From positions 1 to 64,000 of IMG/VR virus record IMGVR_UViG_3300032116_000004: DNA of 64,000 bases; one strand, 5' to 3'. Both the position numbers and the translations under genes were made by a program. How positions within the stretch are numbered: position 1 is the first letter of the stretch; the number at the start of each line of letters is the position of its first letter. Under the pieces are notes generated by a model that was given only the letters and a program-made list of their open reading frames with translations, had not been told where the DNA came from and did no database searches. Shown here piece by piece: positions 37,503 through 47,638 of the stretch.

Positions 37503-38972
37503 ATGAGAACTGCACGACTAAGCATACGAGATGAAGTCAACGTCAAGATAGAAGGGCTAGAACTGGATGCACGTCGCACTCTAGTCAACAAGTTCAAATA
37601 TGATGTTCCTTACGCCAGATACCTACCAGCGGTAAGATTGGGGCGATGGGATGGCAAGGTCTCCTTTTTCCAACTGGGTGGTAGCACCTACGTAAACCTC
37701 TTGCCTGAAATCATACCAGTGCTGGAAGAATATGGTTACGACATAGAACTGGACGATCAAAGAGAGTATCGCACCACCTTTGAGTTTGAGCAAGTGCAAG
37801 AAGACACTTTCTCTAACATCTCTTGGCCCAAAGGACATCCCAATGCCGGCGAACCTGTCATGATGCGAGACTACCAAGTTGACATAGTCAACAACTTTCT
37901 TGCCAACCCTCAATGCCTGCAAGAAGTGGCCACTGGCGCCGGCAAAACAATCATGACTGCCGCCCTGAGCCATGCTGTGACACCTTATGGTCGTAGCATA
38001 GTGATAGTTCCTAACAAAAGTCTTGTGACACAGACAGAAAAAGACTACATCAACATGGGTCTGGACGTGGGTGTGTTCTTCGGAGACCGCAAAGAGTTTG
38101 GACGCACACACACCATCTGCACATGGCAGAGTCTCAATGTGCTGTTAAAGAACACCAAAAATCAATCAGCAGAAATCACCATTGGTGAATTTATCGAAGG
38201 CGTAGTGTGCGTGATAGTGGACGAGGTGCACATGGCCAAGGCCGATGCACTGAAAACTCTGCTCACAGGCGTGATGGCGCAAGTGCCAATCCGTTGGGGA
38301 TTGACAGGAACCATACCCAAAGAAGATTTTGAATTCCAGGCCTTGCATGTGAGTCTAGGACCAGTGATATCTCGACTGGCCGCCGCTGAACTGCAGGATA
38401 GAGGAGTGCTGGCGCAGTGCCATGTCAACATCGTGCAACTAGTAGACCATGTGGAATACAACAACTATCAAAGCGAACTGAAATATCTTTTAGAGGAATC
38501 AGGGCGGTTGGATACCATGGCCAGTTTGATACGGCAAGTTAACGAAACAGGCAACACTCTCGTGCTGGTAGATCGTATCACAGCCGGACAAGAACTAGTA
38601 AAACGACTGGGCGACCGTGCTGTGTTTGTTTCAGGCGCCACCAAAGCAAAGGACAGACAGGATGAATATGACGAAGTGGCTGAAGCTACCGATAAAATTA
38701 TTGTTGCTACCTATGGCGTGGCTGCTGTTGGTATCAATATTCCTCGTATTTTCAATCTGGTGCTTGTGGAACCCGGAAAGAGCTTTGTCCGAGTTATACA
38801 ATCAATTGGGCGCGGCATTAGAAAAGCTGAGGACAAAGACTTCGTCCAAATCTGGGACATCACCTCCACCTGCCGATTCGCCAAAAGGCACTTGACCAAG
38901 CGCAAACAGTTCTACAAAGAAGCCCGTTATCCTTTCACGCACGAGAAACTGGAGTGGATGACCATTGGGTAA
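37503..38972 (+). CDS. uvsW: UvsW-like SF2 DNA helicase
   Basis: WDGK, RDYQ, ATGAGKT, DEVH, GLTGT, GINIP, QSIGRGIR, H..KR..FY. Confidence 0.92.
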   Translation: MRTARLSIRDEVNVKIEGLELDARRTLVNKFKYDVPYARYLPAVRLGRWDGKVSFFQLGGSTYVNLLPEIIPVLEEYGYDIELDDQREYRTTFEFEQVQEDTFSNISWPKGHPNAGEPVMMRDYQVDIVNNFLANPQCLQEVATGAGKTIMTAALSHAVTPYGRSIVIVPNKSLVTQTEKDYINMGLDVGVFFGDRKEFGRTHTICTWQSLNVLLKNTKNQSAEITIGEFIEGVVCVIVDEVHMAKADALKTLLTGVMAQVPIRWGLTGTIPKEDFEFQALHVSLGPVISRLAAAELQDRGVLAQCHVNIVQLVDHVEYNNYQSELKYLLEESGRLDTMASLIRQVNETGNTLVLVDRITAGQELVKRLGDRAVFVSGATKAKDRQDEYDEVAEATDKIIVATYGVAAVGINIPRIFNLVLVEPGKSFVRVIQSIGRGIRKAEDKDFVQIWDITSTCRFAKRHLTKRKQFYKEARYPFTHEKLEWMTIG

Positions 38973-39570
38973 ACTGTATCAACAAGTGGGAGAACACCTA
39001 TTGGGCAAGTTCTCTGGTGAGGTTATCGTAGAGATTGGGTCGGATAGATGGGAAGGCAGCAGTGCCTATTTCGCAGATCTGGCCCACACACATGACATGA
39101 GATTTGTGTCTGTGGATCTCGATCAAGATGCCAGACATAGATTGCGCAAAACTATCGCTCCGGAGCACAGCCATCTTGCTGAATTTGTGCAAGCCGAAGG
39201 CACCCAATGGACAGCTCAATATTCCGGGTCAAAAATACGGGTGCTGTATCTGGATAACTTCGACTGGGATTGGCGCACTGATAGACAGCAACAAATGATC
39301 CAGGATCAAATCGCTTGGTATAGTCAGCAAGGCTTGATCATGACCAACATCAACTGCCAAACAGCACATGTCACTCAAATGGTCAATCTATTGCCGCATA
39401 TGAGTGATCGATGTGTGATATGTGTTGATGATACCTATGAATACAATGGCGTGTTTATTGGCAAGGGTGGCGCCGTGGTTCCTTATCTTTTGGGGCAAGG
39501 ATTTGGGGTCCTTGTCGCGAGAGATTATGGAGTCATACTCGGTCGCGGATACAGAAATTATATCGTATAA
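38965..39570 (+). CDS. putative SAM-dependent methyltransferase
   Basis: VIVEIGS.R, SVD, LYLD, VDDT, GKG...VPYL. Confidence 0.6.
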   Translation: MGKLYQQVGEHLLGKFSGEVIVEIGSDRWEGSSAYFADLAHTHDMRFVSVDLDQDARHRLRKTIAPEHSHLAEFVQAEGTQWTAQYSGSKIRVLYLDNFDWDWRTDRQQQMIQDQIAWYSQQGLIMTNINCQTAHVTQMVNLLPHMSDRCVICVDDTYEYNGVFIGKGGAVVPYLLGQGFGVLVARDYGVILGRGYRNYIV

Positions 39571-39578
39571 TGGATACT

Positions 39579-40079
39579 ATGAAGATACTCACACTAGACA
39601 ACACAGCCTATGATCTGGATGCGCTACCCGAAGAAGTGGATGACATGCGTTTCGCGATATTAGATAACTCAGATCCCGCAGATCCAGACTATCACTATAT
39701 TCCTCTGATCTTCCTTGAGAGTTTCAACTCACCGGCCTTGGTGCTACAGATCGGATCCCACAGGATCAAAATGCCCATAGACTGGCAAGTGCTGATAGGT
39801 GAGCCCGACTTGGGCGATCTAGAGATGTTGCCGTTGACGTCGATCAATGATCGCGGATTCAAAGTGTTCCAGTTCAATCCACTGACGTCATTCCGCCCCA
39901 GTTTCCTGGACATAGAGATCGTGGATGTCTATCACGACGTGGCATGGTATTGCCCTAAACTAAAAAATGGTCAGATGCTGTGTGTGCCACTCACAGAGGA
40001 TCCAGAACCTGATTGTGTGTATTTTGTCAAGGACATCTCCAGGAACTGTGAGATCGTTGACTACAACAAGGCTTGGTGA
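39579..40079 (+). CDS. hypothetical protein
   Basis: ORF in uvsW operon; TATAAT 7 nt before ATG 39579 (alternative start 39570). Confidence 0.7.
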   Translation: MKILTLDNTAYDLDALPEEVDDMRFAILDNSDPADPDYHYIPLIFLESFNSPALVLQIGSHRIKMPIDWQVLIGEPDLGDLEMLPLTSINDRGFKVFQFNPLTSFRPSFLDIEIVDVYHDVAWYCPKLKNGQMLCVPLTEDPEPDCVYFVKDISRNCEIVDYNKAW

Positions 40080-40519
40080 TGGATAAGTTAAGCATCGGCA
40101 ACGAAATGTCCGAGTTTGATCGTAAAAACAGATCATTCTATGATGAACTCACTGACGAAGAACGCAAGAAGTTTTCAAACTATCTCATGATACGTTGGGG
40201 ATCTGCCATACAAGGCGGTCAGGAATTGCAGGAATACTATGTGCAGAGCACCAATCACTATCTCAACAAAAACTTCTTTGCCATCAATCGTCACCCCAAA
40301 CTACAATGGTTATGTGCCACGGCAGTGAGTCCTGGTCTGGGCACACAACGGCATCAGTGGATCGCTCCCAAGAAGAAAGAAGCCGGCAACAGCGAAGTAA
40401 AGAAAACGTTGACAGACCTCTATCCTAACTGGAAGATGTCTGACATAGAAGTCATGGCCAAGTTGGTCACCAAAAAAGAACTACAAGAGTATCTACGTGA
40501 GCACGGAAACAAAGACTGA
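40079..40519 (+). CDS. putative clamp loader small subunit (gp62-like)
   Basis: F..YLMIRW.S, N..FF, HPKLQW, H.WI..KKK pattern resembles gp62; replication context. Confidence 0.5.
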   Translation: MDKLSIGNEMSEFDRKNRSFYDELTDEERKKFSNYLMIRWGSAIQGGQELQEYYVQSTNHYLNKNFFAINRHPKLQWLCATAVSPGLGTQRHQWIAPKKKEAGNSEVKKTLTDLYPNWKMSDIEVMAKLVTKKELQEYLREHGNKD

Positions 40520-41189
40520 CCACGTCTGTAGATATTGTGAAAAAACTTTTGCCAGGCCCGAGAGCCTGGCTGTGCATGTGTGCGAACAAAAACGCCGTTA
40601 TCAAGATCGAGAGGAGCCCGGTGTGCGGTTGGGGTTACAGGCCTATCTGCGTTTCTACGAAATGACGCAAGGTTCTGCCAAACTCAAAACCTTTGATGAT
40701 TTTGCCAAGAGTCCTTACTATCGAGCCTTTGTAAAGTTTGGCCGTCATTGTGTGGCCATCCGTGCTGTGAACACTGCCAGATTCATTGATTGGGTGGTAG
40801 AGAAAAACAAAAAGATCGATCATTGGTGTAGAGACAGCGTGTATGCAGAATACCTCGCAGAATACATGCGCAAGGAAAGCGTAAATGATGCCTTGGCTCG
40901 GGCCATAGAATATTCTATCGACTGGAGTGAAACCCATGGGCACCCGGCACAGGATTGTTTGAGATATGGCAACAGCAATGCCGTGGCCTATGCTGTGTCC
41001 ACCGGCCGCATCAGTGCTTGGGTATTGTATAACTGCGACAGCGGACAAAAATTGCTGGATGATCTAGACCAAGAGCAGATCGCCATAGTATGGCCTTGGA
41101 TCGATCCTGAATTCTGGCAACGCAAATTCCGCGATTATCCGGCAGATCAAGAGTATGCCCGCGAAATGTTACGACAGGCAGGTTGGTGA
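40497..41189 (+). CDS. hypothetical protein with N-terminal zinc finger
   Basis: CRYCEKTF....SLAVH.C C2HC-type finger. Confidence 0.7.
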   Translation: MSTETKTDHVCRYCEKTFARPESLAVHVCEQKRRYQDREEPGVRLGLQAYLRFYEMTQGSAKLKTFDDFAKSPYYRAFVKFGRHCVAIRAVNTARFIDWVVEKNKKIDHWCRDSVYAEYLAEYMRKESVNDALARAIEYSIDWSETHGHPAQDCLRYGNSNAVAYAVSTGRISAWVLYNCDSGQKLLDDLDQEQIAIVWPWIDPEFWQRKFRDYPADQEYAREMLRQAGW

Positions 41190-41767
41190 TGAGCGCAGAC
41201 ATTGACATAGATTTCGCTGATAGAGAAAAGATCCTGTCGCTGATACAGCACAGATCTGCGAGACAACATGTAGAATCTCAAGTGCGACGACACAACTCCG
41301 GAGTATATGTCACGGATATACCTTGGGATCCTATCAATCAATGTGCGTCCATAGACTATCAAGAAGCCGAATCTAGGGGTTACTTCAAACTGGATTTTTT
41401 AAATATGAGCGTGTATTCTTTGGTCCGGGGCCCGGATCATTACAAAGACATGTTGGATCGATCGCCCCCTTGGACAAAATTATGGACTGATACAGACTGG
41501 GCCAGCCGATTGGTGCATGTGGGCAATTACACTGGCCTGCTCTCAATCATGAGACCCGATTCTATACCCAGGATGGCAGCTTTTATATCTATCATACGCC
41601 CTGGCAAGGCCCATCTACAAAATCTCCCATGGGCCGAAGTGTTTGAGTCAGTGTGGGATGGTGACGACAGCCGTGGTTATACTTTCAAGAAAAGCCATGC
41701 TATCAGTTATGCGGCTTTGGTAGCACTGCACATGAACTTAATCGATCCTGCGAACCAGGGTGATTGA
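41189..41767 (+). CDS. miniature DNA polymerase III alpha (DnaE)-like protein
   Basis: ADIDIDF, RHNSGV, KLDFLN, IIRPG, GYTFKKSHAISYA in DnaE order within 192 aa. Confidence 0.75.
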   Translation: MSADIDIDFADREKILSLIQHRSARQHVESQVRRHNSGVYVTDIPWDPINQCASIDYQEAESRGYFKLDFLNMSVYSLVRGPDHYKDMLDRSPPWTKLWTDTDWASRLVHVGNYTGLLSIMRPDSIPRMAAFISIIRPGKAHLQNLPWAEVFESVWDGDDSRGYTFKKSHAISYAALVALHMNLIDPANQGD

Positions 41768-42115
41768 TTTGCGTTTGGATTTTTTGCGGGCTATGTCGGT
41801 GAGGCTGGTGCATGGTCCATGCACTATTTCCAGATCTTTGTTGGTAAATGTCCTGAGATAAGGGCGGAATACTTCCCAATCTTGCTTGAGGAATATATTG
41901 ATAGGTATGCTACGATTGCTTTCCCACCACCAAGTATTGGCCAATTCTAAGAACAGTTTCTTGAGATCTGCGTGGGGAATATTGCCAAAATCATAGATGG
42001 TGGTCACAGCATCATCGCGGTTCTGTATCACACCGATGTATTCATTGCCAGCATAGGTGCAAAATGTTATGAAAGGGTAGCGTTCGGCTATTTTAGCGAA
42101 GATTTCAGAGCCCAT
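41738..42115 (-). CDS. hypothetical protein
   Basis: YPF, EYIGVIQN, WWWESNR.IPINIFL, basic C-terminus; TATAAATA on minus strand at 42155-42162. Confidence 0.75.
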   Translation of the reverse strand: MGSEIFAKIAERYPFITFCTYAGNEYIGVIQNRDDAVTTIYDFGNIPHADLKKLFLELANTWWWESNRSIPINIFLKQDWEVFRPYLRTFTNKDLEIVHGPCTSLTDIARKKSKRKSITLVRRID

Positions 42116-42136
42116 AAATATCGTTAGGAAAACCTT

Positions 42137-43135
42137 ATGTATTCAACCACTGCCTATTTATATCAACAGCGACAGCAGGTCATTTTGATCGACACCAGTG
42201 GTGCCTATTTTGACCGGAGGTGGCAACCCGTGTATGCTAAAAATTTAAAAATCCATCGTGGCGTAGACAACGTCATACTGTTTGAATTCGTCAATCAAGA
42301 TCAGAAACCCGTGAACATCACTGGGTCTACCATCACTTTCCGATTGATCTCGACCAATGGTGATATACTTTTGTTGAGCAAAGACCTAGAAATACTCAGT
42401 GCCGCTTACGGCCGGGCCAAGGTCACTCTGCTCAGCACCGATCTAGACGAAGTTGATGCACAGCCCGTGGGCTGGAGCCTTGAACGTAACTCAGCCACCA
42501 GCGAACTCTACGAGCCTGTGTTTACCAATGCCTACTCCGGCGGCCGCGGCACAGCCGATGTAGTAGATTCAGTGTATCCTGCATTTGTGCCCAGTGAGAT
42601 AATGACTGTTCCTACCAACCCGGAAATCAGCCAGAGCAATCCCAATCGCAATCATACATCTGCGGTGTATACACAAGGTCGCGATCTTGTAACCTTCCAG
42701 ATGGACTTTGACAATTTCTCGGGCAACGTCAAGGCGCAGGGTTCCAGCACACAATTGGGGCCATGGTATGATGTTGGCAGCCAGCGACAGTATATCAACA
42801 GGACAGCACGTGATTATTGGAACGTAGAAGGATACCACAATTATCTCCGTTTCGAAGTAAATCAATATGGCTACAAGGCCAAAATTGGCAATGCAGTGGT
42901 CAGTGGTGGCACCGTGACCAATGTTACCATGAACAATTCTGGTAGTCAGTGGATTTCCACGCCATTCCCTAATGTAGACTTTGTGGGCGAAGGCACAGGT
43001 GCTGAAGGATATGCCGTGGCCACTGCAGGTGGCAATGTCAATGCTGTGATAGTCACAGCCGGTGGCGCAGGATACGTCAATAATCCCAATGCCAAAATCA
43101 ACAACGGATTCATTACATCCATCGCCTATAGATGA
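42137..43135 (+). CDS. putative structural/baseplate-associated protein
   Basis: TAAATA at 42115; LKIHRGVDN...F.F.NQDQKPV Ig-like N-terminus; C-terminal V..GG.GY repeats. Confidence 0.55.
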   Translation: MYSTTAYLYQQRQQVILIDTSGAYFDRRWQPVYAKNLKIHRGVDNVILFEFVNQDQKPVNITGSTITFRLISTNGDILLLSKDLEILSAAYGRAKVTLLSTDLDEVDAQPVGWSLERNSATSELYEPVFTNAYSGGRGTADVVDSVYPAFVPSEIMTVPTNPEISQSNPNRNHTSAVYTQGRDLVTFQMDFDNFSGNVKAQGSSTQLGPWYDVGSQRQYINRTARDYWNVEGYHNYLRFEVNQYGYKAKIGNAVVSGGTVTNVTMNNSGSQWISTPFPNVDFVGEGTGAEGYAVATAGGNVNAVIVTAGGAGYVNNPNAKINNGFITSIAYR

Positions 43136-43872
43136 AGATTAGGAAGTTAGTGGCATTTGGCTGTAGTTGGACCTATGGCGATGAACTCATCGCTCCTGAA
43201 TTCCGAGACTTGTCTGAAGAAGCATTCCGAGATCACTACGATCAAAATCGTCCTTACAGGCTGGCCAATGGCTTTGCGGGTCGTATTGCCAAAGAATTTG
43301 ATCTTGAACTAGACAACATGGCTTTTCCGGGATCCAGCCTTGAAAGCATGCGCTGGAACTTCATGTGGTATCTGCGCAACGGTCAGAGCACCGACGATGT
43401 TCTGTTTATCGTGGCACACACTGATAGCACACGGCAAAGCTGGTTTAACCCACAGCATCAAATTAGCATGAAGGATCCGCAATGGAATCGACACATGCAC
43501 GGAACTTGGTTGCTCCAACCCAACCCCGACATAGATGACAACTGGTTCTCTTTGCAACGATTATGGCTGGGCATGAGTTATCATAGAGAATGGGCAGAAT
43601 ACAATTTCCAAACATCCATCAATCTATTTGATCAGGCCGAGAGCAGGTATGGCATTCCGATAATACAGGTCAGCGCATTGCCCAATCCTTATTCTCTACG
43701 AGTGCCCAGTCTGATCTATCCAGGACTGAGTTTCAAAGAAATATTATACAACAAAAAGAAAGAATTGGGCATAGAACCGTTTGCTCGCGGCGGACATCCC
43801 AATGAATTGGGTCATAAAATCATTGCAGACCACTTGATCGAACACATAAAACATAGTAAAATGTTAGAGTGA
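43132..43872 (+). CDS. SGNH/GDSL hydrolase-like protein
   Basis: AFGCSWTYG, N.A.PG.S, GHPNELGH..IA. Confidence 0.7.
   Translation: MKIRKLVAFGCSWTYGDELIAPEFRDLSEEAFRDHYDQNRPYRLANGFAGRIAKEFDLELDNMAFPGSSLESMRWNFMWYLRNGQSTDDVLFIVAHTDSTRQSWFNPQHQISMKDPQWNRHMHGTWLLQPNPDIDDNWFSLQRLWLGMSYHREWAEYNFQTSINLFDQAESRYGIPIIQVSALPNPYSLRVPSLIYPGLSFKEILYNKKKELGIEPFARGGHPNELGHKIIADHLIEHIKHSKMLE
43834..43862 (+). promoter_or_regulatory. sigma70-like promoter for primase, inside upstream gene
   Basis: TTGATC-17-TAAAAT, 6 nt before GTG 43869. Confidence 0.5.
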
Positions 43873-44858
43873 TCGACATATTTTCTTATCTACCAGCCAA
43901 ACGCAAAAGCACAAGTTCTGGCTGGATTTCATTCAATGCTCCGTGTTGTGTTCACAATGGTGAAAGCCAGGATCGACGACAGCGCGGTGGAATCAAGGCC
44001 ACTGACCAAGGTTGGAGTTTCCACTGTTTCAATTGCGGATTCACTGCCAGCTTCATCCTGGGTCGCAATCTTTCATTCAAGGCTCGCAGACTGTTGCAAT
44101 GGCTTAATGTTCCACAACAAGAAATAGAATATATAAATCTCGAAAGCCTCAAACATCGAAACATCCAAGGCATACTGGATGATCGACAGCGCACTGCCAA
44201 TGTGGTGCAGGGCATCGAGTTTGAAGATCGAGAACTGCCGGAAGAATTCGCATTGGTGGATCGCGACATGTCAGTGCATTGGCAGTATCTCAGAGATCGT
44301 TGTGTGCCCGAGGATTATCCCATAGGTATGATCCATGGCCGGCCTGATGACAAATTCAGTCGTAGGCAAGGTGTGATCATACCGTTTACCTATGATGGAC
44401 GCATAGTAGGACACACACGTAGATTTTTTGATGATCATAATCCTCGCTACGTCCACGACATGCAACAGGGCTATGTGTTTGGCACAGATCTACAGCGACC
44501 AGATTGGCAGCATGTGATCGTGGTGGAAGGCATATTTGATGCTCTCAGCATCGGTGGATTGGCAGTATTGCATGCTGAAATCAATGATACCCAAGCGAGA
44601 CTGATACGCAGTATTGGTCGAGAAGTCACAGTGGTGCCCGATCAAGACAAGGCCGGTCTCAAGTTGATAGATTGTGCTATAGAACTGGGTTGGGCAGTGA
44701 GCATACCAGACTGGCCAGCGGATGTCAAGGACGTTAACGATGCAGTGATACGCCAAGGACGATTGGCCACGCTGTTGAATATTTTCCAGCATCGATGCAC
44801 CAGTAAAATAAAAATTGAAATGGCTCGGAAGAATCTCATGAGGAAACTCCATGTCTAG
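43869..44858 (+). CDS. DNA primase (gp61-like, zinc finger plus TOPRIM)
   Basis: N-terminal CC..HCFNC zinc domain, IIPF, VVEGIFDA, PDQDKAG, KDVND. Confidence 0.88.
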   Translation: MIDIFSYLPAKRKSTSSGWISFNAPCCVHNGESQDRRQRGGIKATDQGWSFHCFNCGFTASFILGRNLSFKARRLLQWLNVPQQEIEYINLESLKHRNIQGILDDRQRTANVVQGIEFEDRELPEEFALVDRDMSVHWQYLRDRCVPEDYPIGMIHGRPDDKFSRRQGVIIPFTYDGRIVGHTRRFFDDHNPRYVHDMQQGYVFGTDLQRPDWQHVIVVEGIFDALSIGGLAVLHAEINDTQARLIRSIGREVTVVPDQDKAGLKLIDCAIELGWAVSIPDWPADVKDVNDAVIRQGRLATLLNIFQHRCTSKIKIEMARKNLMRKLHV

Positions 44859-45558
44859 ATTGATCGTGTATGGCGACAGTTATAGCACACCAGGATTCTG
44901 TGTAGATGTCAAGGATTCTTGGTGGGGCTTAATGGCTGCTGCCTTGCAAGTTGATAGTGTAGAAAACTACAGTTGGCCAGGAAACAACGTAGATAGCATA
45001 TCACATCTCATAGTGGCTGGTTCTGGATTTAGTCCTAACGATTATGTAATAGTGGGTGTGCCCCCTATCGAGAGATTTACTGTGTATGATTATGATGGTA
45101 TGGCTCCTAGTTATCATAGATTTTTTGGCAATCTAGAACCCATAGATCAACCATGCTTACGAGAACATGATGGGCTCAGGCAAGTCACTACTCATCAGCT
45201 GGGCCAAGGCTATGTAATGTCATGGAATCGTAGTTGGCAAGAAGCACAGGCTCTTAGAGAATTATTTTTATTGACTAGATATATCCAAGGATGGACTAGC
45301 AATTATCTCATCGTGAATCTCGCCGAACCATTCCAGCCCAAGACCGAGTGGCCAACACTGGCCAGTATACAGAGAAGATTTTTAGCAGATCCGCACAGTA
45401 TCCTGTTTGAAGATACCTACTTCAGCACTAACAAAAATGTCCATCGTCCCGTGGACTTTGATACTCACGGATGGCACGGTCACTATGGATCTGCGGGCAA
45501 TCATCATTGGTATGAAAAAGTATTGTGTCCTCGCATGCAGGAGTTAGGATGGCTATGA
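44851..45558 (+). CDS. SGNH/GDSL hydrolase-like protein
   Basis: VYGDSYS, NYSWPGNN, R near IVG, GHYG..GN. Confidence 0.6.
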   Translation: MSRLIVYGDSYSTPGFCVDVKDSWWGLMAAALQVDSVENYSWPGNNVDSISHLIVAGSGFSPNDYVIVGVPPIERFTVYDYDGMAPSYHRFFGNLEPIDQPCLREHDGLRQVTTHQLGQGYVMSWNRSWQEAQALRELFLLTRYIQGWTSNYLIVNLAEPFQPKTEWPTLASIQRRFLADPHSILFEDTYFSTNKNVHRPVDFDTHGWHGHYGSAGNHHWYEKVLCPRMQELGWL

Positions 45559-46244
45559 ATTATTTTGGCGGCTGTAGCATCACCATGGGTGCAGGTTTCG
45601 AGAGCCAACAAAATGATCCCAGGATCTATCCCAATCTCATTGGCCATGCAGACAACGATGCCGAAGGTGGATCCAGCAATCTAAAAATTTTTACCCGAGC
45701 AGCCAAGGCTTTATTGGATCGTCGACATGATCGATATTTTGTGCAATGGAGTGCTTTGCACAGACACTGGGTTTACCCCAGCGCCAACCAGGGATTTTAT
45801 ATCGGTGCCGACACTGATAGCAATCTAATAGATAAAAAGTTTGTGGCCCAATATCAATTGCTTAATCACGATTATAGTAATATAATGTCATTGATAGACT
45901 ATACCAGGATACTGCAACAGATGTCCGATGATGCTGGAAAAGATATATGGTTTATCAATGGCATGATTCCTTGGACCCAAGACATGTTGACCAATCAATC
46001 TCACAGTGACTATGCCAAGACCTTATATCAAGATCTAGATGATGATCAAACTCGAGATTTCAGTGAACGGTTGCGCAATAATCTTGAATTGATAGACTGG
46101 ACACAATGGGTAAACCCGTGGCACAGCATCGTGGATCTCAAACTGGACCATGCACCGTTGGATGATCATCCGGGCGCTGCCACGCATAGAAAAATCGCTG
46201 ACATGATACAACAACACATAGATACATCGAGAGAAACCCAATGA
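45555..46244 (+). CDS. SGNH/GDSL hydrolase-like protein
   Basis: GGCSITMG, GGSSN, VQWS...R, D.HPG..TH..IA. Confidence 0.65.
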   Translation: MNYFGGCSITMGAGFESQQNDPRIYPNLIGHADNDAEGGSSNLKIFTRAAKALLDRRHDRYFVQWSALHRHWVYPSANQGFYIGADTDSNLIDKKFVAQYQLLNHDYSNIMSLIDYTRILQQMSDDAGKDIWFINGMIPWTQDMLTNQSHSDYAKTLYQDLDDDQTRDFSERLRNNLELIDWTQWVNPWHSIVDLKLDHAPLDDHPGAATHRKIADMIQQHIDTSRETQ

Positions 46245-47638
46245 AAGATTATTCCGTAGAAGTCCAAAAGTTGTTCCTGGAGTTTATGATGCAGGACGCA
46301 CAGAGTTACGTGCGAGTGCAGAACATATTCAATGAAGAAAACTTTGATCGCAGCCTGCGTAGTGCCGCGAAGTTTATCCGAGAACACTGTGATCAACACA
46401 AAACTTTGCCTGATCGCAAACAGGTTCGAGCAGTGACCAATGTTGACCTACAAGAAATACCCGATATCAATGAAGGGCATCTCGACTGGTTCATGGAAGA
46501 GTTTGAATCATTCACTCGTCGACAAGAATTGGAACGTGCGATCCTTAAGTCGGCGGACCTTTTGGAAAAGGGCAATTTTGATCCTGTGGAGAAGTTGATT
46601 AAGGATGCCGTGCAAATATCATTGACCAAGGATCTGGGCACAGATTACTTTGAAGATCCGCGATCGAGACTGCTGGCCTTGAAAAATAATAATGGACAGA
46701 ACTCTACTGGATGGCCTGCCCTGGACAAATTGCTGTATGGTGGATTCAACCGAGGTGAATTGCAGATTTTCGCAGGAGGTTCAGGTTCTGGCAAGAGTTT
46801 GTTCATGCAGAACTTGGCAGTGAACTGGGCACAGGCCGGGCTCAACGGTTGTTACATCACGCTGGAACTGTCAGAAGGTCTTTGTTCCATGCGCATCGAC
46901 TCCATGATGACCAATACGTCTAGCAAAGAAATTTTTCGAGATATCGATACAGTGGAAATGAAAGTCAAGATGATGCAGAAGAAGGCCGGCGCCTTGCAGA
47001 TCAAATACATGCCAGCACAGAGCACAGTGAATGATATCCGTGCATATCTCAAAGAACTGCAAGTGAAGACAAAGAAACGTGTGGATTTTTTATGCGTAGA
47101 TTATCTAGACTTGATCATGCCGGTGAGTGCCAAAGTTAGCCCCAATGATTTATTCGTCAAAGACAAGTATGTTTCAGAAGAACTGCGCAACTTGGCTAAA
47201 GAACTCAATGTATTGTTTGTCACTGCTTCGCAGTTGAATCGTGCGGCAGTGGAAGAGATTGAGTTCGATCATAGCCATATATCGGGTGGTATTTCCAAGA
47301 TCAACACAGCAGATAATGTGTTTGGTATCTTCACAAGTCGAGCCATGCGTGAACGTGGTCGCTATCAGATACAGTTGATGAAGACTCGTTCATCGAGTGG
47401 AGTGGGACAGAAGGTAGATTTAGAGTTTGACATTGAAAGCCTGCGTATCAGAGATTTAGGCGAAGACCAACAGCAAAGTTCTGGATTTGTCAAGAAACCC
47501 AACATCTACGAATCAATCAAGGCCAAGTCTACTATGAAGGATGACAACAGTGAACCAGCTGAAGATGTTGGCAAGGTCACAGCCGATGTGCAATCAAACA
47601 AACTCAAACAGTTATTAGGACAAATCAAACAGTCATGA
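46241..47638 (+). CDS. replicative DNA helicase (DnaB/gp41-like)
   Basis: STGW..LD..LYGG, AGGSGSGKS, ITLELSE, VDYLDL, ASQLNR, KTR. Confidence 0.93.
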   Translation: MKDYSVEVQKLFLEFMMQDAQSYVRVQNIFNEENFDRSLRSAAKFIREHCDQHKTLPDRKQVRAVTNVDLQEIPDINEGHLDWFMEEFESFTRRQELERAILKSADLLEKGNFDPVEKLIKDAVQISLTKDLGTDYFEDPRSRLLALKNNNGQNSTGWPALDKLLYGGFNRGELQIFAGGSGSGKSLFMQNLAVNWAQAGLNGCYITLELSEGLCSMRIDSMMTNTSSKEIFRDIDTVEMKVKMMQKKAGALQIKYMPAQSTVNDIRAYLKELQVKTKKRVDFLCVDYLDLIMPVSAKVSPNDLFVKDKYVSEELRNLAKELNVLFVTASQLNRAAVEEIEFDHSHISGGISKINTADNVFGIFTSRAMRERGRYQIQLMKTRSSSGVGQKVDLEFDIESLRIRDLGEDQQQSSGFVKKPNIYESIKAKSTMKDDNSEPAEDVGKVTADVQSNKLKQLLGQIKQS

